A DNA stretch of 64,000 bases from Bacteroidetes bacterium GWF2_43_63 (GTDB lineage Bacteria > Bacteroidota > Bacteroidia > Bacteroidales > DTU049). The stretch is taken from positions 8,659 through 72,658 of the forward strand of contig MEOQ01000015.1 in the NCBI GenBank assembly GCA_001769275.1, written 5' to 3'. Below the pieces are notes generated by a model. It was not told where the DNA came from, ran no database searches, and saw only the letters and a program-made list of their open reading frames with translations. Both the position numbers and the translations under genes were made by a program. Shown here piece after piece: positions 37,301 through 44,456 of this stretch (positions are counted from its first letter, which is position 1; every line of letters begins with the position of its first letter).

Positions 37301-38518
37301 ACCAATTATGGCATATTACTCAATGGAAACCGATCAACCAACAATGTCCTGGAAAAGAATAAAATATATTCTTTGACGGGAACAACTGCTTATGGAATTT
37401 GCCAGGAGAATAATTATGGTGGTTTTTCAGATGTTATACGTAACAATATGATTGCAATCAATAATGGCATTGCGACCTCTACCACCGTAGGTATCCGTTA
37501 CAACGCCAGTACAACCGGAAATTGCAACATATATCACAATTCTGTTTATTTGCACGGAAGCTCCACTATAGCATACTGTATTGAAAAATATTCTGCGGCC
37601 ACCTCCTGTAATGTGAAAAACAATATCTTCTTTAATGCATGTTCGGGAAGCTCCAGGGCTTCACTGAATTATTATAATCAAACTGGACTTACTTCCAATT
37701 GCAACGACTTATATGCACCGGCATGCAGTACTGGCTATGTAAATCCAACAGGCTACGGAACACTCGCCAGCTGGCAGGGTACAGGTCACGATCTGAATTC
37801 TGTTTGTATTAATCCTGGATTCATAAGTTTGACAGCACCTTACGATCTTCATGTAGCTGCAGGTATTCAGATATTTTCATGCCTGGGATTGGCAACTGAT
37901 GATTTTGACAGCGAAGGTCGTCTTGTTCCTCATATGGGCGCCGATGAAGCCCCAACTACTTTACTGCCGGTTTCATTGCTTGGTTTCGCAGCCATTTGTG
38001 CAAATGAAGAGGTGAATCTGGAATGGTCCACCGCTACCGAAACAAACAACAACTATTTCACCCTCGAGCGCAGCTCCGATATGAATGAATGGACATTGGT
38101 GGGCAAGGTTGTGGGTGCCGGAAATAGCAACAGCATTCTGAATTACAGCTTCACCGATAAGGAGCAATACCGGGGAATGGCCTATTACCGCCTCACACAG
38201 ACCGATTACAACGGAGAGTCGGAAACTTTCGAGCCGGTGGCTGTACGATGCAATGAAATAAATTCAGACATCTCCTGCTATCCAAATCCTTTCACCGATC
38301 AGCTGGTGGTAACATTGCAAAACATCGGCGCGGAGCAGGGAAGTCTTGTGCTGCGCGATGTGACTGGCCGTGTGATCATGTATCGTGAACTGAGCTCCGA
38401 TGATTTTAGTCAGCAATCGGTGGCACTGAAACTTTCGGGAATCGCATCGGGTGTGTATTCGCTCGAATTCAGGTCCGGCAGTATAGTGAAGACTGTGAGA
38501 GTTGTGAAGAATAAATAA
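34307..38518 (+). CDS. Large secreted beta-helix-repeat protein with a T9SS type A C-terminal sorting domain
   Basis: 1403 aa with a signal-like N-terminus (VFLFFVFAVLMGNLGWGQ). It has Asn/Thr/Gly-rich repeats (NIVRNCNIYSS, ISNCNIYNF, GNTIRNITN, GNTIHNLT). The C-terminus is CYPNPFTDQLVVTL...GVYSLEFRSGSIVKTVRVVKNK. Confidence 0.85.
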   Translation: MNRTFTSQKPATALKSVFLFFVFAVLMGNLGWGQCTNTSPYITTNAPTSGTVIITTVQYESEYNTINSVAASTVYISEINNTGDYITVRQGSFDGPLIAFGATPLTWTSTTAGTYFIHYNTNSSCGTASVNRTTTLTYVGPACSATIAIGSNSVAASNICAGTTKVPLQSFSLAVAAGCNGNLTNVGFTTTGTYVQADISKYQLWYNTSNSLAGATQLGPDLASSGGAAARTFSAFTSPTLTAGSTYYFWITADIASGAGNGNTIAINAIATGNLTSTSTKAGSTTAGGTQTIIAAPTTATNSSTQSICGGSATLAGNSPTIGNGTWSVFSGPSTLSTQFANTSVYNTTFTPTGGDGNYVVRWTISNSCSSTSADATVTVSSVAPSCATQTSPANGATGQLVPGVTLTWNAVSGASGYDVFLQAGTNPPTTLESSNQAGTSYSTGPLNPSTTYYWYVVPRNICGAASGCSASAFSFITGTCTSDIYVTATAGTLTGSYTTLKGAFDKINDGTHQGVITISVGRNTTETATALLNRSTGTAPYSSVLIQPCGGSYTISGSLSGVPVINLNGADNVAIDGINSGGNMLAIANSSATAGSSAIQFINDATSNIVRNCNIYSSNISTSSGTIVFSTTIYTTGNDNNTIEYCSIYNGTTAPYVGIYSSGTTTSNAHYNSNNTISNCNIYNFINPTGNDGYDTPPDVWPHEFTPGTDFGIRLIDGTTAWTISNNSLYRTNTTTSYNHTNSATHYGIFISNTSGGGFTVSGNYIGGAAAMNGGSSWGLGPTTKNSNFRGIHVNTSATLASNISSNVVDNITFTTSAGGTSQDCVFAGIMLKGLHIANSNIIGTETKGISVTGTAGYSDINGIYYFDESASVPATFTSNDNIIGKITNTNTGGNASFYGIRAYSYTHAMNWTCTNNIVGGAAANSITCTGTSGNWVHGIFFSWGTSANVTGNTIRNITNDEGSMNGIKAQPDNLSGITATYLISGNTIHNLTLTSGTNYGILLNGNRSTNNVLEKNKIYSLTGTTAYGICQENNYGGFSDVIRNNMIAINNGIATSTTVGIRYNASTTGNCNIYHNSVYLHGSSTIAYCIEKYSAATSCNVKNNIFFNACSGSSRASLNYYNQTGLTSNCNDLYAPACSTGYVNPTGYGTLASWQGTGHDLNSVCINPGFISLTAPYDLHVAAGIQIFSCLGLATDDFDSEGRLVPHMGADEAPTTLLPVSLLGFAAICANEEVNLEWSTATETNNNYFTLERSSDMNEWTLVGKVVGAGNSNSILNYSFTDKEQYRGMAYYRLTQTDYNGESETFEPVAVRCNEINSDISCYPNPFTDQLVVTLQNIGAEQGSLVLRDVTGRVIMYRELSSDDFSQQSVALKLSGIASGVYSLEFRSGSIVKTVRVVKNK

Positions 38519-38640
38519 AGCTTGCGGCATGAGGCAGGCGGCATGCGGCACAACGCTTAGGGCTCAATGCACAACGCTTAGCCCGCTGTCATCCTGAGAC
38601 ATCCAGCGATGCGCGCCTCGCAACCTAAATAAAAAATGAC

Positions 38641-38771
38641 AATGGGGCAAACATAATATTCCATCGTCCGATGGCGACGAAGGAGGCAGAGGATATGGAA
38701 TCGTTATGTTTGCCGCAAAACCGACGATTCCATATTCTGCGATTCTCTCCGAACGATGGAATATCGGTTTT
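38641..38771. repeat. 131-bp hairpin-rich repeat, copy a (inverted copy at 50258-50388)
   Basis: The reverse complement matches 50258-50388 with 2 mismatches in 131 nt by my alignment. It contains four ATTCCAT/ATGGAAT cores forming 12-bp stems: 38656-38667 with 38753-38764, and 38693-38704 with 38724-38735. Confidence 0.9.
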
Positions 38772-38875
38772 GCTCTTTTGATTGATTTTAAATAGATTAT
38801 GCGAGAGTGTCATTAGCAGTGTTTGAAGTGACGACCTGGAAATATCATCAAGCTTCAAATGTATCGAAGGGGGCA

Positions 38876-39089
38876 GCGGGATAAACTCCGCACATGGAAC
38901 TAGAAGACGCGACTTGTCATCACGTGAAACGTGACAAGCTGTTTTACGTGAAGCACCTTTGAGTTGGATGGTCACGCGTCAGGAGACGCGCGCCCAACGT
39001 AGGGGTTCGGCCACCATGGCAAAACGCTTAAAGCTCAAGGCTTAAAATGGCCCGAATTCTTAAGCCTTAAATTTTTAAACTTTCAAGCT
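38876..39089. repeat. Mosaic intergenic repeat block, copy 2, carrying a 39-nt nested hairpin insertion
   Basis: It aligns to 33610-33780. The extra segment cgacttgtcatcacgtgaaacgtgacaagctgttttacg lies within agaagacg|tgaagcacc. Confidence 0.8.
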
Positions 39090-39278
39090 GTTGTACTAAG
39101 TTCCCGGTCATTGTCTGAGTCACAGCTTTTCTGACTCAGCCGGGATACTCCCTGAAGACCTTCGACTTATCACGTTTTACGTGAAGCATCGGCCTGCACT
39201 TCCCGACGACTCCATATCCACGCGGAGTTTGCGCAGCTCGGTTACGTTCGGACGGTGGAATGCCTGTAAGCATTGCAT

Positions 39279-39402
39279 CATTCCGCCGTTCGGAGAATTT
39301 CAACTCTGCATTGGGCGCGCGTCTCATGACGCGTGACCTGGATAGTCATTCGAAGAACACGGAACCGTTGCAGCGGAGCAGGAGGCATGGTTTCTTCCCG
39401 AC
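39279..39402. repeat. Composite intergenic element, copy 1 (other + copies at 43791-44000 and 58457-58645)
   Basis: Shared order: cattccgccgttcggagaatttcaac..tgcattgggcgcgcgtctc.tgacgcgtgacc ... attcgaagaacacggaaccgttgcagcgg ... cccgac. Confidence 0.8.
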
Positions 39403-39762
39403 TGCCTGCCCGCCCACTGGCAGAGCTCCATGTCCTCGCGGAGTTTGCGCAGCTCGGCTGTGTTCGGACGGTGGGATGTTGTAACAAGGCACTGTTTAAA
39501 GACAGACTACGAAATCACATTTAAAAGATCATGTCGGTCCAGGCCTGAATCCGGCCATGCAAGCACGATTGCGATATATGTTGGCATTTAGATATGTTAT
39601 GTTTGCAAAAACAATTTAATAGTATGAAATTAATTGTCATTAGTCGAAATTCAACCTATTCGAATGAAACTTAACAATGATAAATAACATACTTAATTGT
39701 AATCACTTCACATGCTTCGTAAATTTACCTGATTGTGTTTTTAAATCCAAAAATCCCCTACT

Positions 39763-40434
39763 ATGAAAACATTTTTTACCCTCATTCTTACTTTGTATTT
39801 GTTCTCTTTTCTCAACGCACAGGAAGTCAAAATCAACAACGATTTGGTTGTGGAAGCAGACGGGACAGTGAAATATCTGAACAATGCCACTGTTTTTGAT
39901 GATTTGATGGTCTTTCCTGATGCAACCGGTAAAAATGGATCCAAGTCACCAACATTGTCTCAGTTTAAAAATGACGGGTCAACCAGCCAGGGTGTGTACT
40001 TATGGATGTTCAGCGAAGCTGCAGAACAAGAGGTCTTTTTTACGGTTCAGCTTCCTCATAGTTATAAAACAGGTACTGCAATTTATCCGCATGTGCACTG
40101 GGCAACAACAACAGGTACTCCATCAGGATCGGATGTTGTATGGAGTCTTGAATACTCAGTAATAGCGATTGGTGGAACGTTTTCCAATACTTCTTCAATA
40201 AATGCTACTAATTTAAATGCATCAATATCTCCATCAGGCACCTTTCAGCATTTGATTTCCTCATTCCCGACTATCAGCGGCACAGGCCTGGAAATCAGTA
40301 CAGTCATAATAGGCCGCTTGTACAGAAATGTAGGCCATGGGGCCGATACATTTGCCAATCCTGTAGGTCTGCTGGGCTTTGATATTCATTTCGAAAAAGA
40401 CACCGATGGTAGCCGCACAGAATATAGCAAGTAA
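39763..40434 (+). CDS. Hypothetical secreted protein
   Basis: 223-aa ORF with signal peptide MKTFFTLILTLYLFSFLNAQ. It lies 36 nt upstream of the next T9SS cargo gene. I recognise no family. Confidence 0.55.
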   Translation: MKTFFTLILTLYLFSFLNAQEVKINNDLVVEADGTVKYLNNATVFDDLMVFPDATGKNGSKSPTLSQFKNDGSTSQGVYLWMFSEAAEQEVFFTVQLPHSYKTGTAIYPHVHWATTTGTPSGSDVVWSLEYSVIAIGGTFSNTSSINATNLNASISPSGTFQHLISSFPTISGTGLEISTVIIGRLYRNVGHGADTFANPVGLLGFDIHFEKDTDGSRTEYSK

Positions 40435-40470
40435 GAAGAGCCGCCATCAATAAATCAATACTGAAAAAGT

Positions 40471-41901
40471 ATGAAAATCTGGAATATCAAACAATATTTG
40501 CTAGCGCTGTCTTTGCTGACATTAGCTGAGCCAGTGGTTTCGCAGGGAGTTCAGATAACTTCAGGTGGAAAAATCGAAGCAACCGGGAGCGCCACCATAG
40601 AAATCACGGATGGCAATTTCATCAACAGCGGCACCTTTACTCCTGGTGCAAGCACGGTTACTTTCAACGGCACCGCTCTTCAAACGATAACTTCGGGTGG
40701 AAGCTCATTCAATAATGCTGTTTTTAACAACCAAAAATCGGGACACAGCGATATCAATATTTCGGATCCATTGTCAATTACAGGCTCAACAACTTTTACA
40801 AATGGGATTTTGTATTACTCCGGCACCGGCACCTTAACATTCGGATTGGCAGCCACATCCACCAACGGCAATGCCGGAAGTTTTGTTGACGGCCAGGTAT
40901 CGAAAATTGGCACAACTGCATTTACTTTTCCGGTTGGCGATGTAAAAAGCGGTAATGCCATATGGGCGCCGATTGCAATTGCAGCGCCGGCTGTGTCTTC
41001 TACAATTTCAACTGAATATTTTTTAGAAGCACCAGCCAACTACAACGATCCTGACTATTTCTGCGATGTTGCAGCATTCGATTTTGTCAGCAGCACAGAA
41101 TACTGGACAATATCATCCACCAGTGCCACCCCCGAAGTGACGTTATTCTGGATGGATGGAACACGCAGTGGAGTTCAGAATCTGGCTGATCTTCTGGTTG
41201 CCAGCTGGGAAGATTGTTCTGTCAACAAGTGGGTGAACAAGGGTGGAACGACAACTGGCACAACAGCAGCGGGTTCAATAACGATCACAATCCCAATGAC
41301 TTCATTTAATAAAGTTACGTTTGCCAGTAAAGGCGGACAAAACACCCTTCCTGTTTCACTTCTTGGCTTTTCAGCCAAATGCGCTAATGAAGGGGTGAAT
41401 CTGGAATGGTCCACCGCCACCGAAATCGACAACAACTATTTCACCCTCGAGCGCAGCGCTGATCTGTATGAGTGGTCGCTGGTGGGCAAGGTTCAGGGCG
41501 CAGGCAACAGCAATACAATGTTGAACTATAGTTATTTGGATCCATATTCATATAGCGGAATTACCTACTACCGTCTCAAACAAACCGATTTCAACGGAAC
41601 TTCTGAAACATTCGAGCCGGTGGCTGTACGATGCAATGAAATAAATTCAGACATTTCCTGCTATCCGAATCCATTCACCGATCAGCTGGTCATCAGCTTG
41701 CAGCATGTAGAAGGCGCTGAAGGAGAAATCAGATTGATTGATGTGACCGGCCGCATTGTTATGCACCAAGGATTGATTTCATCGGAATTAATGCAGAATA
41801 CGATTGAGCTCACTATTCCCGACATCGCCGAAGGTGTGTATTCGCTCGAATTCAGGTCCGGCAGTATAGTGAAGACTGTGAGAGTTGTGAAGAGCAAGTA
41901 A
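40471..41901 (+). CDS. Secreted protein with a T9SS type A C-terminal sorting domain (C-terminal 184 aa paralogous to 34307..38518)
   Basis: Signal peptide. The C-terminal LPVSLLGFSAKCANEGVNLEWSTATE...CYPNPFTDQLVISL...GVYSLEFRSGSIVKTVRVVKSK is colinear with the end of the 1403-aa protein. Confidence 0.85.
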   Translation: MKIWNIKQYLLALSLLTLAEPVVSQGVQITSGGKIEATGSATIEITDGNFINSGTFTPGASTVTFNGTALQTITSGGSSFNNAVFNNQKSGHSDINISDPLSITGSTTFTNGILYYSGTGTLTFGLAATSTNGNAGSFVDGQVSKIGTTAFTFPVGDVKSGNAIWAPIAIAAPAVSSTISTEYFLEAPANYNDPDYFCDVAAFDFVSSTEYWTISSTSATPEVTLFWMDGTRSGVQNLADLLVASWEDCSVNKWVNKGGTTTGTTAAGSITITIPMTSFNKVTFASKGGQNTLPVSLLGFSAKCANEGVNLEWSTATEIDNNYFTLERSADLYEWSLVGKVQGAGNSNTMLNYSYLDPYSYSGITYYRLKQTDFNGTSETFEPVAVRCNEINSDISCYPNPFTDQLVISLQHVEGAEGEIRLIDVTGRIVMHQGLISSELMQNTIELTIPDIAEGVYSLEFRSGSIVKTVRVVKSK

Positions 41902-42313
41902 AGGCACAACGCTTAGAGCACAACGCACAACGCAGGGTTTTGTAAATAAAAAAAAATACAAAGAGCCTTCCGGATTCCGGGGGGCTTTTTTTGCCCGATG
42001 CACAGTGAATAACGCGCATTGCACCCAACATTTTGTCGTCCGCCGGACATTTTTTGCGAAAAGGAGCGGACACGGAATCGTTGGGTGCTCAGTCTCTCTT
42101 CCCCTGACGATTAAGGTCAGCAGTGTCTGTTTGTTAACTTTATATAGCTGACGCTAAAATGTCGGGAAACACAGTGCACAAATCACAACGCTTAGCCTGC
42201 TGTCTCCTTCGATACGTCGCAAGCTTTTTTCTGTAAAAGCGCTATGGGAGCGACACTCAGGATGACAGCAGGTTATGCTCGAACACTAGAATGTCGGGAA
42301 AGATATAAACGGT

Positions 42314-42376
42314 AACAATCCAACGCAAAGAGATTGCTTTGCAATGCACTCAGGTTGGATTGACGCTAAAATGTCA
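42314..42376. repeat. 63-nt hairpin repeat, copy 1 (direct copy at 43714-43776)
   Basis: aacaatccaacgcaaagagattgctttgcaatgcactcaggttggattgacgctaaaatgtca. There is one mismatch between the copies. Internal stems are caatccaac/gttggattg and gcaaag/ctttgc. Confidence 0.9.
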
Positions 42377-42392
42377 GGATGCGCTAAAACAA

Positions 42393-43550
42393 TCAATTCT
42401 TCTTAAAACCAATGCTCTTTTTATGAGCATCTCCAACCAAATCGTTTTCCTCAGCATTGTAGATGTCGGCCAGTGTCAAAGCTTCATTCAGCAATGGTTG
42501 ACGATTAATTTCTGTTTGAAGTAAAACGGATTTTTCGATTTTAAGTTTATCGAAATAATAGCGAACCACCATTCTTCCTTTCCGAAGCAAGGCCTCGTCA
42601 ATTTCTTTCAAATCAGCATTGAATGTGCAAATAATTTTCAGTCGTAAAGCGTCGCCCAGCAAGCCATCGCCCATATTGAGCAGATTCACCAGCGCGTTGG
42701 ACGGGCCATTGCTTTTGCGCGACTGAATGAGGTTTTCACAGTCTTCGATAATCAGAATACTGTCGCGGTATTGCGTAATAAAAGGGAGAAAATCAGGCTC
42801 GTTGAGAGCGCCAACCATATTCAGCGGAACATAAATAAAATTCTTTTCAGTACTGTTTATGAGATGTCTGATGTAGGTCGTTTTACCGCTCCCATACAAG
42901 CCATGAAGCAACACAATTCCCGAAGCTTTTGGTTCGTTCAGAAACGCCTTAATCTTTTTATCGGCAGCTGTAAAATCATCATTATACTGTTTTTGAATGT
43001 CAATATCAAACGATTTAATCTCAAAATACTCGAGGTCAAATCCGAATTGATTGGTGATCATGCTGAATTTATGCAGTTTTTTGCGCTCACGTTCTTCGGT
43101 GTCGCCTTCAATTATTGAAAGTATTTTTTCGACTTCTTCTTTTTTCATTGCTGATGGATACAGCAGGGCATAAGCTGAGTCGAGTAAATGAATCATAATT
43201 CCTTCGCCAATTTTATAAATCAGCTCCTGCCCGATGTGGTTCTCCTCTACCGGATCAGGATTGAAGGCGTGTTTGCTCATGTTCATGTGAAAAATCAATT
43301 CCGTATTTTGCCAGTATTCAGAATTTTTCAATCGTTCTTCGATTTTATCATGCTCGTCAGCTCGGGTGTAACTTTGCTTAACAAAAGCAATGGCATCAAA
43401 CAACCGGTAATAAAGAACCCGGCTGTTTATATTTCCGGAGTCATCATAAAAATCGATGTCCGAAGCTTTGTTATTCATTCTTCGGTTATCAATCGGACGT
43501 AAACTAAATCCCATTTTTGATTGTAAAATTAATGCTTCCATGTGTTGCAA
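42393..43550 (-). CDS. AAA+ ATPase (classical AAA-type module) with a unique ~200-aa N-terminal domain
   Basis: Walker A is LLHGLYGSGKTT. Walker B is SILIIEDCE. The second-region-of-homology-like segment is ALLRKGRM. Confidence 0.75.
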   Translation of the reverse strand: MQHMEALILQSKMGFSLRPIDNRRMNNKASDIDFYDDSGNINSRVLYYRLFDAIAFVKQSYTRADEHDKIEERLKNSEYWQNTELIFHMNMSKHAFNPDPVEENHIGQELIYKIGEGIMIHLLDSAYALLYPSAMKKEEVEKILSIIEGDTEERERKKLHKFSMITNQFGFDLEYFEIKSFDIDIQKQYNDDFTAADKKIKAFLNEPKASGIVLLHGLYGSGKTTYIRHLINSTEKNFIYVPLNMVGALNEPDFLPFITQYRDSILIIEDCENLIQSRKSNGPSNALVNLLNMGDGLLGDALRLKIICTFNADLKEIDEALLRKGRMVVRYYFDKLKIEKSVLLQTEINRQPLLNEALTLADIYNAEENDLVGDAHKKSIGFKKN

Positions 43551-43713
43551 AAGTGCTTGTTGAAAACTATTGTGTGTTCATAACCCTGCTCATGGATGCA
43601 GAATTGAAATTAATACATAAAATTTTTCTATATCATGACATGTCCTTCTTCCCCGACGGTTCCATGTCCTCACTTCTTTCGGACGGTGGAATATCGGGAA
43701 AGACACTGATGTC

Positions 43714-43776
43714 AACAATCCAACGCAGAGAGATTGCTTTGCAATGCACTCAGGTTGGATTGACGCTAAAATGTCA
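43714..43776. repeat. 63-nt hairpin repeat, copy 2
   Basis: See 42314-42376. The offset between copies is exactly 1400 nt. Confidence 0.9.
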
Positions 43777-43790
43777 CACAGGGGCTGCAA

Positions 43791-44000
43791 CATTCCGCCG
43801 TTCTGAGAATTTCAACCTTGTATTGGGCGCACGTCTCCCGCTTGCAACGTTTTACGTTGACGCGTGACCAGGGTAATTCCGAAAGCTCATTCGCAGAACA
43901 CGGAACCGTTGCAGCGGTGCGCTGGCTTGCATTTCCCGACGATTCCATGTCAGCGATATCTGTTTGTTATCCTCAGCAGGCTGACGATAGAATGTCGGGG
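43791..44000. repeat. Composite intergenic element, copy 2 (with a 19-nt insertion in the GC-rich core and a terminal hairpin)
   Basis: The core ttgggcgcacgtctcc[cgcttgcaacgttttacgt]tgacgcgtgacc is at 43823-43869. The terminal hairpin is cccgacgattccatgtcagc...gctgacgatagaatgtcgggg. Confidence 0.8.
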
Positions 44001-44456
44001 AGGGCGGTGTGCAATGCTCAAGCCCGCTGTCATTCAGTAACAAAAGCTTTCGTGAGTTTGAAGAATTGACTTTAAAAATACCAGACTTCAAATGTATCGA
44101 AGAACGACAGCGGGTTTAAATAAGTCGCACTTCGATACGATGAAGACTCGTGAACGATAACGCTTAATGCTTCATCACTCTGTGTGACAGATGTTTTTGG
44201 CCCCGCTGTCATTCAAAGTGTCTGCCATCAGGCGAAGGTATCCCCGCCAGCTTTGCAGCGGGCAGGAAAGACCGACAACTAGCCCATGTCGGGAAGACGC
44301 TGCAATTTTCATTGACACTAATCTTGCATTCCAGACAACTTTAATATTAATATTATATGATTTTACGTGGAATAATCTAACTTTCATTGATATATTGAAA
44401 GAAATTCACTAATTTTGCAAACTAATTCGAATATTTAAGTTACGAAACTGCGACAT

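Noticed and set aside
38625-38975. A 116-aa ORF sharing the peptide KTDIPSFGE.RRIWNRRFCGKHNDSISSASFVAIGRWNIMFAP with ORFs at 50182-50553 and 50216-50407. It could be mistaken for a conserved small protein family.
   Set aside because: The shared peptide is the translation of the 131-bp hairpin repeat (38641-38771 / 50258-50388), read in inverted copies. The ORFs have no credible starts or ends outside the repeat.
39136-39524. A cluster of 60-74-aa ORFs on both strands (39136-39327, 39260-39484, 39278-39487, 39333-39524). Similar ones occur at 43766-44091 and 58319-58608.
   Set aside because: All lie inside copies of the composite intergenic element. They overlap each other on both strands and have Arg/Cys/Ala-rich composition driven by the GC-rich palindromic core.
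37964-41901. The near-identical 3' modules of the two T9SS genes interpreted as a diversity-generating retroelement TR/VR pair.
   Set aside because: There is no reverse transcriptase or accessory gene in the window. The differences are clustered in a block rather than spread over adenine-specific positions.
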